64,000 nt of DNA. Origin: Candidatus Melainabacteria bacterium. GTDB taxonomy: Bacteria > Cyanobacteriota > Vampirovibrionia > Vampirovibrionales > Vampirovibrionaceae. The position numbers and the translations under genes are program-made. Numbering within the stretch: the stretch's first letter is position 1; each line of letters starts with the position of its first letter. Of this stretch, positions 8,962 through 18,903 are shown in pieces. The notes under the pieces were generated by a model. That model was not told the origin of the DNA and made no database searches. It saw nothing but the letters and a program-made list of their open reading frames with translations. The stretch lies in contig CABHPA010000167.1 of NCBI GenBank assembly GCA_902168245.1, positions 1,202 through 65,201 on the forward strand, read 5' to 3'.

Positions 8962-10335
8962 ATGAAAGTATGGGAAAAGCGGGGGCGAACGCTCAAGTTT
9001 TGCATCCCGGCTTCGATAATACTCATTATGAACCAGCCTCCTGAATCCGGGCCAGTCCCGCAGAAGCCAACGCCCGCCCTTCGGCGTAAGCTGCCCTGGT
9101 GGGGCGTGGGTTTGATGGCGTTTGGCCTGATCAGCCTGCCGGGCATCGCATTGGGCGGGTTTGCCTACTATTTTTGCGCGATCCTGCCGGAGGACAACTT
9201 CTACAGCATTTACGAAGCGCCCTGGGATAGCCTGAATTCGGGTAATTACCGCTTTAACGGCCCTCAAGACTTTTCCCGGGCCGAACGCAAGCTGGTTGCA
9301 GAGATTGCGAGCCATACCAATCGGGAAGACCCCAAACTCTATTACCTGCTGGCCGAATTGCATAATAGCATGGGGATTTTTCATTCCGCCGTGGAGGAGT
9401 ATCGGCAGGTGATCCAAATATCAGACGCCACCTGGGCCGGTCGAATCCTGAACCGGGATTTTGCCCGTAGCGCCCATGAGGAACTGGCGCTCATCTATTA
9501 TATGCACCATTCGCCCCAATTCGCGCGCGAGCAACTGGACGCCATAGACGACCTGGAAGCCACGCAAAGCCCGGAACTGTTGACCGCCATGCGGGATAGC
9601 CTGGACGATCCGCAGCGGGCGGACTTCCATTTGCTCTTGGGCAAGGCGTTTTCCGACCGGCTAATGCTGGAAATGGCCGCGCGTGAAATCAGTCAGGCAA
9701 ACCAGCTCAGTCAAAGCCCCCAACTGAAGCTGGAGGCGTCCAACTTCCAGAAAACCCGCCTGCCGCGCAAAATACGCGATTTAAGCCCGATGGCCCGCTA
9801 TTACACCTTTTGCGGCGAGGCATATGAAAACGATGACCAGGATTTGGCCCGGGCGGCCGCCGCTTATGAACGCGCCGTGCAGGATACGCCAGGTTACGAG
9901 TGGGGTTATAACGATTTAGCCAAGATTTACCGAGATCTTAAAGATTTCGATAAGGCTGAAAGTAGTGCCCGCAAGGCGATTAGCCTCAACCCCGATTTTT
10001 ACAACCCGTATTTGACCCTGGGCGACCTGGCCCTGGATCGTCGGGATTTCCCTGGCGCGATTGCCCATTTTCAGCAGGCGAAAGCCATTATTCAACGCTT
10101 TGCCAGCAAAGAGAACCAGCACCTGCTGGCCAACCTGGAAAACCAGATCGCCTATGCCTATGAATCTGGCGGGCATTGGCGAGAAGCCGGGCAGCATTAC
10201 CATCAGGCCATGCTGTCCGCCGCAGAGGATGAGGGGGATTCTTCCAGTGATTACGACTATGCCCAGGATGGGTTGGCCCGCATTAAAGCATCAGCCCGGC
10301 AGCTTTCCGCCCAGGAACTCTCATGGAAGCGATAA
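8962..10335 (+). CDS. TPR-repeat membrane-anchored protein
   Basis: N-terminal TM helix WWGVGLMAFGLISLPGIALGGFAYYF; multiple TPR-like repeats (AAAYERAVQDTPGYEWGYNDLAKIYRDLKDFDKAESSARKAISLNPDFYNPYLTLGDLAL). Confidence 0.75.
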   Translation: MKVWEKRGRTLKFCIPASIILIMNQPPESGPVPQKPTPALRRKLPWWGVGLMAFGLISLPGIALGGFAYYFCAILPEDNFYSIYEAPWDSLNSGNYRFNGPQDFSRAERKLVAEIASHTNREDPKLYYLLAELHNSMGIFHSAVEEYRQVIQISDATWAGRILNRDFARSAHEELALIYYMHHSPQFAREQLDAIDDLEATQSPELLTAMRDSLDDPQRADFHLLLGKAFSDRLMLEMAAREISQANQLSQSPQLKLEASNFQKTRLPRKIRDLSPMARYYTFCGEAYENDDQDLARAAAAYERAVQDTPGYEWGYNDLAKIYRDLKDFDKAESSARKAISLNPDFYNPYLTLGDLALDRRDFPGAIAHFQQAKAIIQRFASKENQHLLANLENQIAYAYESGGHWREAGQHYHQAMLSAAEDEGDSSSDYDYAQDGLARIKASARQLSAQELSWKR

Positions 10336-10344
10336 GCCCATTGC

Positions 10345-11568
10345 CTACGACGAGCGGAACCCGTGAACGTTGCCTTTAAAGCCCTTGACCTGGCCGGTTG
10401 CCCGGCCGGTTTCCTGGTATATGGGCGGGGTGACATGGTAGTGTATATCGTGTGCGCGACCCTTCGCACCCCGGCTCCGTGCATAGTTGTAAAAGAAGGG
10501 GAACACAAACATGCTGGCAGGGCTGTTCAGAAAGCTGAAGCCCAAGTTTAAGCCTCTGGCGGCGACATTACCTACTACGCTTGCAGCATTGCTAAGGCCG
10601 TCGCTGATACTGTCCATGACGCCCCCTGTCACGGCAGAAAGCGGGACATCTCCCTGTAGGATGGTGGGCAAAATCTGGGTGGTGCCATTATGGGCCAGCG
10701 TTTCGGTTGCCGCCTGGGTGATAGTGGGGGTTGCCACATTTGTCGCCGTTTGTGTAGCCGTAGCAGCAAGGGTTTCAGTTGCGGTTTCGGCAACCGTTGC
10801 GGCGGCAGTGGCAGCTGCGCTGCCCGTCCCATTCCTGAACCAGGACAGCGGGGTGCTGAAAAACTCTGTGGTGCGGGCCATCAGATTCTCCGGAAGCACC
10901 ATGCCGGCCAGTTTGTTTTTGGCGTAGTTCAAAACGGTTGGCCCCAGGTAATAAGTGCCTAACACGGCAATGCTGGTTCCACCCAATACTTTTGCCATCC
11001 CCCAGGGGGTTAGGCTGGTCAGGGTATTCAGCAGGCTGCCCGCCTGTCCGTTGTTCTGGGTGTTATGCTGGACGTTGCTGGGGTTGTTATAAATATTGAC
11101 GGTCAGCGTTTCGCCGGATTCGGATTTTTTGACCTCCGGCTTACCCTTTCCGTCCACGAAATTGATTTTGACCCGTTCGCGCTCAGGTGCGGCATTCCCG
11201 CCATTCTCGATTTCAGGCAGGTCTGAGCGGCCTGGGTGCCTGCTGTGGGGCAGGAAAGCCGGGTGGTTATTAAGGGCCAGGGCGGTTAAAATAAGTCGCA
11301 AATCACGGGCCTGTTCCGGGCTGACCAGGTGGGCATCCTTGCCGGGCCATTTAAAACCGTGATGACTGGGGAACTGGAACGTAATTTGGCTTGGCCGACT
11401 TTTTTGCCCTGATAAAACCAGCGTATCCGCTTCCGCATCATTCGAATCTTTAGGCTGAATATAAGGTTCTTGTTTCACCGCCATGTCATCAAACGCCCTG
11501 GCATGTTCAAGAGAGGGCGCATCTTGGCGGCCAAATCGGATTGGTTGTCTGATGGTGGATGAAATCAT
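10345..11568 (-). CDS. hypothetical protein with Ala/Thr-rich low-complexity core
   Basis: 407 aa ORF; block SAAATAAATVAETATETLAATATQTATNVATPTITQAATETLA; no recognised domain. Confidence 0.5.
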   Translation of the reverse strand: MISSTIRQPIRFGRQDAPSLEHARAFDDMAVKQEPYIQPKDSNDAEADTLVLSGQKSRPSQITFQFPSHHGFKWPGKDAHLVSPEQARDLRLILTALALNNHPAFLPHSRHPGRSDLPEIENGGNAAPERERVKINFVDGKGKPEVKKSESGETLTVNIYNNPSNVQHNTQNNGQAGSLLNTLTSLTPWGMAKVLGGTSIAVLGTYYLGPTVLNYAKNKLAGMVLPENLMARTTEFFSTPLSWFRNGTGSAAATAAATVAETATETLAATATQTATNVATPTITQAATETLAHNGTTQILPTILQGDVPLSAVTGGVMDSISDGLSNAASVVGNVAARGLNLGFSFLNSPASMFVFPFFYNYARSRGAKGRAHDIHYHVTPPIYQETGRATGQVKGFKGNVHGFRSS

Positions 11569-11839
11569 TGCGAGTCAAGCCTATGAAAGGGTCTTTTTAA
11601 AAAATCAGTAACTGTACACCAATATCCCAACCGGGCAATCTTAATATTGGCATAGGCTCAATGCAAGCAAATGTAAAGCAATTGTTAAGTTGTGGAAAAG
11701 CAGGATTTAAAGTATTTAATTCAGTCTTTTTTAAGTTTCCGCTGGAAAGAATAAAGTTTCAAACTTTTGTTCAGTATTTAAGTTTTAAATAAAGCTTAAC
11801 TTGTGTTGTTTAAGCTTTAAGTTTTTTGTAAAGTTGATG

Positions 11840-11845
11840 TATAAT
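11840..11845 (+). promoter_or_regulatory. -10 box TATAAT in AT-rich region upstream of chimeric gene
   Basis: TATAAT 30 nt upstream of ATG 11876, AAGG RBS; 9-bp inverted repeat AAAGCTTAA/TTAAGCTTT at about 11798-11825. Confidence 0.35.
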
Positions 11846-11875
11846 AATTTTAGTAACTAAAGCTAAGGTATTACC

Positions 11876-12559
11876 ATGCCCAAGTCTGTAAAAAAACAAA
11901 AAACTTCAGTGTCCAACATCTCAAGTTCTGAAAGATTAGAAGATTTATTAAATGAGACAGAAAAAGAATTAGAGGTAATTCAACCACAAATTGATAAATT
12001 GGAAAAACAGCTTGATAAATTAAAAGAGTTGAAATTGGCAAAGCAAAAATTAATTACGCTAAAGTTAAGTATAAAATCGATATTATCAAACTTTAGTAAT
12101 GCCAAAGCGAATGAAGTCTCGGCCTCTTTGCCTACCTATGAGTTAAGTTCTAAGACTGAAACTTCAGTGCTAAACAAACCGACTAATACTTCACAAATAG
12201 CAAGTTACACTGCAATAGACGTCACTTCTTCCCCCGGTACATTGCCAGGCTCCCACTTCCTGCCGGAACGGGCTTTCAACCAGGTGAATCTCCTGCTCCG
12301 CAAAAGCACTTCCATTAATTACGACCTGTTTCGGGCCATCGTGTTCAACGGCGGCAAAGCCACCACCGAGCAAATCCGTCAATACCTGGTGGAAAACCGC
12401 ATCAAACAGCCCGGCAATGGCCAAGGCTTTGAGGGCGTGGCGTTGACCGATATTTCCTCACGGGTGAACTACCTGGTACGCAAGGGCATCGTCAAGCCGG
12501 AAGACCGAGGCACGTTCATCTCCCTGTTGGGCTGGGCGGATAGTGGCGACAATAGCTGA
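11876..12559 (+). CDS. hypothetical protein: AT-rich-encoded Lys/Glu coiled-coil N-half + GC-rich-encoded winged-helix (Mrr_N-like) C-half
   Basis: TATAAT -10 and AAGG RBS upstream; abrupt GC shift about position 12240; C-terminal IRQYLVENRIKQPGNGQGFEGVALTDISSRVNYLVRKGIV wHTH-like. Confidence 0.55.
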   Translation: MPKSVKKQKTSVSNISSSERLEDLLNETEKELEVIQPQIDKLEKQLDKLKELKLAKQKLITLKLSIKSILSNFSNAKANEVSASLPTYELSSKTETSVLNKPTNTSQIASYTAIDVTSSPGTLPGSHFLPERAFNQVNLLLRKSTSINYDLFRAIVFNGGKATTEQIRQYLVENRIKQPGNGQGFEGVALTDISSRVNYLVRKGIVKPEDRGTFISLLGWADSGDNS

Positions 12560-12588
12560 GCGGGGTGGAACAACGCTTCGCTTTGCGC

Positions 12589-13014
12589 TCAGGACACCAA
12601 ATCCAGGGATTGATCAAAAGGATTCTGCGCATCTCGCAGGGGGGTACTCAGGCCGTTAATGCGGTTTGCCAGGCTAGCGACCCGTGGCAGGCCGGTTTCC
12701 GGATCAAAAGCATCCTCCCAGGCCGATGCATCGATAAACGAACTGCGTACGCCCTTGTTGAATGCGGGTGAATTTGATCTTCCCATGCCGCCAACCAGAT
12801 AATTGACCAAATTGCCAAAACCCGACTGGTTTTCAAATAAAACGGGGAAATTCTGGCCTGTGGGCAGAGAACCCTCCTGTGCCGGGCCGGGCAGGACAAA
12901 CACGCTGTTGTTCTGCAGCAGGCTTACGGTGGGGCGCGCCGTATCGGTTGTGGCCGTGGTTCCCCACGACTGCATTTTCACGTTGCCAAAGGGATTGGCG
13001 TCTGTGTTAAACAT
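12589..13014 (-). CDS. hypothetical protein (141 aa)
   Basis: ORF with AT-rich upstream region 13015-13172; no domain recognised. Confidence 0.4.
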   Translation of the reverse strand: MFNTDANPFGNVKMQSWGTTATTDTARPTVSLLQNNSVFVLPGPAQEGSLPTGQNFPVLFENQSGFGNLVNYLVGGMGRSNSPAFNKGVRSSFIDASAWEDAFDPETGLPRVASLANRINGLSTPLRDAQNPFDQSLDLVS

Positions 13015-13172
13015 GGTTTTATATCGCGCTCTCTCTCAAAGGGTTCAATGCTAACAAATGCGTAAAACGGGAAAAATATTTACAAATAAATAAAAACAAT
13101 TTATTTACAGAAATTGACTTTCCGCAATATATACATCCCAACTGCTTTACATATTGAAACAGATCGGCCATT

Positions 13173-14939
13173 TTAACCGGGATTGCCTTGCAATTTCAAT
13201 GTCAAGCTTTCCAGCCTCGCCTGTAATTCCTTGAGGGGCATCAAATCTCCCTTAGCAGCGGCCACTTCTATCCCATTCTGATATACATTTTGAGCCTTTT
13301 GGAACTCTCCGGCCCCCTCCAGTGACTTCCCCAGAGACAAATAGGCCACGGAATGCTTGGGCTGCGCCTTGAGGGTCTTCTCAAAAGGCTCAATAGCCTC
13401 CCCAAATCGCTTCAGTTCCAGCAGGGCGGAACCCAGCCCGAAATTCCCCAATGGGTCTTCCGGGTTGAACTTGAGCGCTTCCCGAAACATTTCGATCCGC
13501 TCCAGGGTTGCCTGTTCCTTCTTGCGCCGTTCGGCCTCAAAATCTGGCATGGCCAGCCCGGATTCCTTGGCTTTTTTGCTGAATGCGGCCATGGTGGCCT
13601 TGGCCTTCTCCTCTTCAGCCTTTTCCTTGTCGCCCAGCTTCATATAAAAGACCGACAGGTTGGTATGGGCCAGCACATGTTCCGGCTCCAGCGCCAAAAC
13701 CCGTTCCATCATCTCAATGGCTTCCTTAAACTGCTCATGCCGGGACAAAATAACCCCCAGCGCCTCGTAAGCCTCAATCAGGCCGGGCTCAACCTCAATG
13801 GCCCGACGAAGCGCCCGCATTGCGGCTTCATCAAAACCGTCCGCGAACAATTTCAAGCCTTCGCCCAGCAATTGCCGCCCGGATTGATCGTGCGCGCCGC
13901 CTTCATAAAACGGCAGCAAGGCCACTTCCACAGGAAACAGTTTGCCGCCAATGCTCAGCGTCAGCTTTTTGCCCGGCACCCGCTCGCTTTTACCCAGGTA
14001 GGCAAAGGCAACCGCCCGCTCTAATGTCGGGGAAAAAACGCCGCTTTTCAGTGTCCCTACCGTTTTGCCATCTAGTAAACATTCGCTGCCTGCGGGTGGT
14101 AGTTCCTCTTGTCGCAAGGCATGCTCAAACAACAGCCCCACCAGGGCTTTTTGCACCATGCCATAAGTCTTAATGCGAGCAATGGTTTCTTGTCCCAGGT
14201 AGCAACCCTTGCTGTAGCTTACCGCCTGGCGTTCCAGCCCGGTTTCGGGCAACAGGGTCTCAAAGTCGTAATCGGCGCCAAACCGGGGAATTCCAGCCTC
14301 AACCCGCAGAACTTCCTGAACCTCTGCGCTCATCTCAACGCCTTGGGCGGAAAGGGCGGCAGTTTGCATGTCCTCCCAAAAAGTCTGCGGCTGTTCCGTT
14401 TCAGCCAGAAGCAAAAAGCCCGCATCGCCGCTGAAAGAACGACGGAGGATCCAGACGGGCTGACCTGAAATCCGCAACGTCACCCAGCTATGTTCTTTTT
14501 CCGGCAAGGAAATTGTCGTTTCAGTTTGAAGCAGGGATTTCAAAAAAGATCCCGATTGCGGACCTTGTAAAGAAATTATTACTACATTCGTAATTTTTTT
14601 GACAGTGAACTGCTCGACAATGTGGAATTTTTCAATCTGGGCAATGCAGTTTTCCTGCTCAGCGCGGGAAATTAGCATTCTCAGCCCGTCTTCTTGCCGG
14701 TACAGGCTAAACACGCCCTGAATTTTGCCTTGGCGATCCAGCGCCGCGTTTAACTGACCTGCCCCGATCTTCATCGACAACACATCGTTAGAAAGGCGGT
14801 TTTGCAGAAAACGCAAAGCATCCGGCCCGGTAATCTCCAGCACTGCCAAATCATCCAGGCGGGCAATCCCGAAAGACCGCCTGACCTGCTTGACTGCCTG
14901 GTCGATGTCCGGGGTCATAGCGGTAGACCCTGTCAGCAT
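13173..14939 (-). CDS. ygfZ: YgfZ/CAF17-family folate-binding Fe-S cluster assembly/repair protein fused to C-terminal TPR repeats
   Basis: GcvT-like fold with signature KGCYLGQE motif; C-terminal about 250 aa of TPR repeats (AIEPFEKTLKAQPKHSVAYLSLGKSLEGAGEFQKAQNVYQNGIEVA). Confidence 0.8.
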   Translation of the reverse strand: MLTGSTAMTPDIDQAVKQVRRSFGIARLDDLAVLEITGPDALRFLQNRLSNDVLSMKIGAGQLNAALDRQGKIQGVFSLYRQEDGLRMLISRAEQENCIAQIEKFHIVEQFTVKKITNVVIISLQGPQSGSFLKSLLQTETTISLPEKEHSWVTLRISGQPVWILRRSFSGDAGFLLLAETEQPQTFWEDMQTAALSAQGVEMSAEVQEVLRVEAGIPRFGADYDFETLLPETGLERQAVSYSKGCYLGQETIARIKTYGMVQKALVGLLFEHALRQEELPPAGSECLLDGKTVGTLKSGVFSPTLERAVAFAYLGKSERVPGKKLTLSIGGKLFPVEVALLPFYEGGAHDQSGRQLLGEGLKLFADGFDEAAMRALRRAIEVEPGLIEAYEALGVILSRHEQFKEAIEMMERVLALEPEHVLAHTNLSVFYMKLGDKEKAEEEKAKATMAAFSKKAKESGLAMPDFEAERRKKEQATLERIEMFREALKFNPEDPLGNFGLGSALLELKRFGEAIEPFEKTLKAQPKHSVAYLSLGKSLEGAGEFQKAQNVYQNGIEVAAAKGDLMPLKELQARLESLTLKLQGNPG

Positions 14940-14943
14940 GGCT

Positions 14944-15300
14944 TTAAGCGGTTGGCCCTTCGGGGAAGGCTTCCTTCAGAAGGGCTTCCAGCTCGCCGTT
15001 GTCGGCCATCGGTCCCAGAATATCCGTGTCGCCGTAGAATTTGCCGTTGATAAACACCTTGGGCAAGGTGGGCCAGTTGGTCATTTCGGCCAACACAGCG
15101 CGTTTTTCCATGTCATGCAGCACGTTAACCACGTGAAAGGGGTAGCCAAACTGGCTCAGGAACTGCACAGTTTCCACGGTGAAGCCGCACATGGGCATTT
15201 CCTTGGTGCCTTTGCCGTAAAACATCAGCTTGTGCTCGGCAATTTCCTGTTCAATCTCGGCGCGAAGCTTATCTTTAACGCTTTGTTCCATTTCCAGCAT
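14944..15300 (-). CDS. grxD: monothiol glutaredoxin (Grx4/GrxD family)
   Basis: VLFMKG-type fold with CGFT active site (PMCGFT); 4 nt downstream of ygfZ-like gene. Confidence 0.85.
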   Translation of the reverse strand: MLEMEQSVKDKLRAEIEQEIAEHKLMFYGKGTKEMPMCGFTVETVQFLSQFGYPFHVVNVLHDMEKRAVLAEMTNWPTLPKVFINGKFYGDTDILGPMADNGELEALLKEAFPEGPTA

Positions 15301-15422
15301 GGGGAGATCCTTTATATTCGTTTCTAATCCTGTTTTTCAGTTTAACGAAAACGTGAGTGTTTCTCAATCCTTACCCGGCATCTCTTGCCGAACCCGCAGT
15401 TCAGACATTCATGGATACCCAA

Positions 15423-16667
15423 TCAGGTCAGGGACACCAGCAGACGGAACAAGAAACGGCTAATCCGCTTGCGTACCGCATGCCCGGCGGAAATATCGTG
15501 GTTAATCAACCCGTAATAGTAGCGTTCCATGCGCATCATCTGCTCGTTAAAAATGCCGTACTGGTGTAGGATAACCTGCGATTCCTCCACCATGCGCCGG
15601 GCAAGGGAGGGGTTTTTGTGGATTTTGATGATGGCCCGCGCCAGCACCTGACTGTTGCGAATCGGCACCCTCAGGCCCGTTTGCCCGTGGATGATCACTT
15701 CGTTATAAGAGGCTAGATCCCCTACAATCAGGGGCTTCTGACAGGCCATCGCCTCGAAAATGGTCACCGGCATCCCGTCTGTGCTGGGAACGGACACCAC
15801 CACGTCCGAAATCGCGTAATAGTAGGGAAGCTCCTGCATGGTCACTTCCTCCACCCAGCGAATTGCGTGATCCACGCCCAAAGAGGCGGCCAATTCTTTT
15901 AAGGAGCGCACGTATTCCTGCCGCTCCGGCGTGTTGCAGAAGGTGTCTTTCATAATAAACAGCGCCTGCGGCACTTCTTCCAGCACACGGGGAATGCTCT
16001 CGATAATGGTGGTCTGGTTGTAATGCGGGGTCATTTGGCGGGGGCTTAGCACCACGAAACTTTCTTCGGGAATGTGCAGCTTTTCCCGCAGTTCGGTGGT
16101 GTCCAAATTGGGCTGGAACAACTGGGGGTCCGTCCCAATCGGGATCAACTCCACCGGGGCCAACCCCAAGGTGAGCCGGTTGGCGGCCTGGTTTAGATCA
16201 TCGGATACCGCCGTCACCATATCGCATTGCTTCAGGGCCAGGGCGTTCATGACATGATCGCGCCAAAGTTGCAGCGGATGGCGATAGTTGCGCGGCGGCA
16301 GGTAAATATCGGAACCCAGCAGGGTGATCACCAGCGGATGAAACCCGCTCAGCGCGGCAGACCAGCCCCGTTGATACAGGAAAATGGCATGCATAATGCC
16401 GGGCTTGGTTTCCTTGAGAACCTGCCGGATTTTTTTGCTGCGGGATTTGATGACCGCCGTTTTGGAGACTTTGCCCCCTTTTTTGCTGTTGGTTCCCACC
16501 AGGGTATCCCGGTTGGGCAACTCAATCACGGTGACCCCGTCAATGGCGCCGCCCTTGTCGCTGAGGCAATACACCCGGTGCCCGCGGGACACGAAATAGC
16601 CCAACCAGCGCTGGACGTGGATGTTGGTGGCGTCTGCAATGTAGCAAAGGGTTAACGTCTGTGGCAC
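15423..16667 (-). CDS. glycosyltransferase family 4 (GT-B, GT1 superfamily)
   Basis: C-terminal EAMACQKPLIVGDLASYNEVIIHGQTGLRVP motif typical of GT4 retaining glycosyltransferases. Confidence 0.85.
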   Translation of the reverse strand: MPQTLTLCYIADATNIHVQRWLGYFVSRGHRVYCLSDKGGAIDGVTVIELPNRDTLVGTNSKKGGKVSKTAVIKSRSKKIRQVLKETKPGIMHAIFLYQRGWSAALSGFHPLVITLLGSDIYLPPRNYRHPLQLWRDHVMNALALKQCDMVTAVSDDLNQAANRLTLGLAPVELIPIGTDPQLFQPNLDTTELREKLHIPEESFVVLSPRQMTPHYNQTTIIESIPRVLEEVPQALFIMKDTFCNTPERQEYVRSLKELAASLGVDHAIRWVEEVTMQELPYYYAISDVVVSVPSTDGMPVTIFEAMACQKPLIVGDLASYNEVIIHGQTGLRVPIRNSQVLARAIIKIHKNPSLARRMVEESQVILHQYGIFNEQMMRMERYYYGLINHDISAGHAVRKRISRFLFRLLVSLT

Positions 16668-16761
16668 GAATCCGGTACTTTCACTCTAATGGCTTATGAT
16701 AACACGTTTTAGGCGTTACAATAGCGCAAGCGAGTTGTTGGCGAATGAAAGGACACGGGCC

Positions 16762-17172
16762 ATGCAATACTGGATGATGAAAACCGAACCGGGCGAGTTT
16801 TCCTTCGAGGATTTGGTGCGGGACGGCAAGACCGTATGGGACGGGGTTCGCAACTTCCAGGCCCGAAACAACATGAAAGCCATGAAAAAAGGCGATCAGG
16901 TGCTGATTTACCATAGCGTCACCGAAAAGGCGCTGGCCGGAATCGCGGAAGTGAGCAAGGAGCATTATCCCGACCCCAAGGACAATCCCAAGCAGGATTG
17001 GGTGGTGGTGGACATCAAGCCGGTTCGCCCGCTGAAACGCCGCTTGACGCTTGCCGAAATCAAGGACACGCCCGATCTGGCCGACATCCCGTTGATTCGC
17101 CAATCCCGTCTCTCGGTGATGCCATTGGAAAAAAAGATCTTTGATCGCCTGGTGACGCTGTCGGAAAGTTAA
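16762..17172 (+). CDS. EVE (PUA-like) domain protein
   Basis: MQYWMMKTEPGEFSFEDL..WDGVRNFQARNNMKAMKKGDQVLIYHS matches EVE domain; AAAGGA RBS before ATG 16762. Confidence 0.8.
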   Translation: MQYWMMKTEPGEFSFEDLVRDGKTVWDGVRNFQARNNMKAMKKGDQVLIYHSVTEKALAGIAEVSKEHYPDPKDNPKQDWVVVDIKPVRPLKRRLTLAEIKDTPDLADIPLIRQSRLSVMPLEKKIFDRLVTLSES

Positions 17173-17504
17173 TCGTTCCTATTTCTTACCATTCCAACAG
17201 AACATGCTTTGCTTTCTATCAGGGAAGTGATTGAGTTGCTTTGTTTTAAATTTATTTTCTAATTTCTATGTTTTTCAAAATTCTGTTTTGAAAAATGCAT
17301 GATTTTTTGGCGTTAAATCCTTAAAACGCACTCTATCATGGCATTTCATCCTGAATGAAAACCCTTTTCCCTTTCTTCAATTCATAGAGCATCCAACCAC
17401 TACTATCTTTGGTGAGGTGTAATATTTTCCGAAGTTTTTTTGGTAAGCGCATAATTTTTCAAAATTATATTGCGAATAAATGCTTTTCGTGAATAATATT
17501 GGGC

Positions 17505-17972
17505 ATGGACGCAATTGATCAAAATATTCTGCGGCACTTGATGCTGGACGGCCACCTCACCAACAGTAAGCTGGCCAAGCTCATTGGCATGTCCGAATCG
17601 GCCACGCTGGAACGGGTGCGTCGCCTGGAAGCCTCGCATATTATTGAGGGCTATACCATCAAGGTGGACCCTGCCAAGGTGGGCCGGGGGCTGGAGCTGT
17701 TCATGACCGTAACCATCCGGGATTTGGGGGCCATGAAGGAATTTGAGTCGGTGGTGAGCGATATGGACGAGGTTTTGACCTGCGCCCAGACACTTGGGCG
17801 ATCCGACTTCCTGCTCCATGTGGCAGTACGGGACGTGGAAGCGTTATCCACCTTTGTAAATGAAAAACTGATTCCTTTGGGCAATATTGAACGGGTGGAA
17901 TCCATGACCGTGCTGAACATGATCAAGCGTTCCTACCCGCCGGTTCCGCCGGAAAGCGGCCGGGACAGGTAA
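17505..17972 (+). CDS. Lrp/AsnC family transcriptional regulator
   Basis: N-terminal HTH (DAIDQNILRHLMLDGHLTNSKLAKLIGMSESATLERVRRLE) plus RAM/ASNC ligand domain; ATG at third codon of track ORF. Confidence 0.9.
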   Translation: MDAIDQNILRHLMLDGHLTNSKLAKLIGMSESATLERVRRLEASHIIEGYTIKVDPAKVGRGLELFMTVTIRDLGAMKEFESVVSDMDEVLTCAQTLGRSDFLLHVAVRDVEALSTFVNEKLIPLGNIERVESMTVLNMIKRSYPPVPPESGRDR

Positions 17973-18001
17973 ACAAGCTAAAAAGCAGTAGAGGAGATGA
18001 G

Positions 18002-18874
18002 ATGACAGTAACCCTGATTCAAGAACCTATCCGCCATGCCGATATTCAGGGCATGAATTACGAGGCTTTTTTAAAGACCGTTGAAGCCGAATTCCTGAAC
18101 CACCCCATCGTGGTGGAGAATCGCTACAGCCGCTGGTTCGCCAAGGGCGAAGCCACCCTGCCCGAACTGCGGCATTTTACGGTGCAGTTTTCGGTGTTTT
18201 CCAACCTGTTTTTAATCGCACAGCTTAAAAAAATGCTGAACGCAGATTGCCTGGAATCCATGCGGGCGGCCAAAGAAATTTTGGCCAATGAACTGGGCGT
18301 GATTTTCAACAACAAGCAGCGCAATGAAGTCAAAGCAGTGAACGCCGACAATCAGGATCAGGAAGGCGACCCGGAACTGGTTAGCACCGAGGGTACCATT
18401 GATGGCGGCACTTTCCGGTTTGGGGCGGCCCACTTCGAATGGCTGTTGAAATTCGGCAAACCGCTGGGCCTGGGCTTTAACGACTTGGGCAAGCGCAAGC
18501 ATGGCACCCAACCGACCCTGTTTTTCTGTGATGAACTGGCCCGCCTGTATGGCAGCGATGACGTCAGCATTGCCGCCGGGGCCAGCTTCGCCATTGAGAA
18601 TTGGGCCGCCGCCGGTTTTTGGCAAGAGCTGGAGGATGGGCTGCTGCAAATTCGTAAAACGCTGGTTCTGGATTTATCCATTGCGTTTTTCGCCTGGCAC
18701 AACCGGCTGGAAGCCCAGCATGCCGCCCACACCCACGATGAATTGAAAGAGATTTTTGACGACCCTAATTTCGATCGTGAAAAATTTCTGGCCGGTGGCC
18801 GAGAAATGCTGGAAAGCCTGGCCGTTTTCTGGAACGGGCTGGAAGCCGACCGGCAAAACGGTATTACCGCCTAG
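18002..18874 (+). CDS. heme-oxygenase-like fold protein (TenA/PqqC/CADD-type; candidate diiron oxidase)
   Basis: all-helical, conserved E/H positions (ANELGV, AAHFEW, IENWAAAG, WHNRLEAQHAAHTHDE) resembling iron-containing redox enzyme family; 30 nt downstream of Lrp gene. Confidence 0.55.
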   Translation: MTVTLIQEPIRHADIQGMNYEAFLKTVEAEFLNHPIVVENRYSRWFAKGEATLPELRHFTVQFSVFSNLFLIAQLKKMLNADCLESMRAAKEILANELGVIFNNKQRNEVKAVNADNQDQEGDPELVSTEGTIDGGTFRFGAAHFEWLLKFGKPLGLGFNDLGKRKHGTQPTLFFCDELARLYGSDDVSIAAGASFAIENWAAAGFWQELEDGLLQIRKTLVLDLSIAFFAWHNRLEAQHAAHTHDELKEIFDDPNFDREKFLAGGREMLESLAVFWNGLEADRQNGITA

Positions 18875-18903
18875 CAAGACGGATTGATTAGCTTCCCCGC
18901 AAA

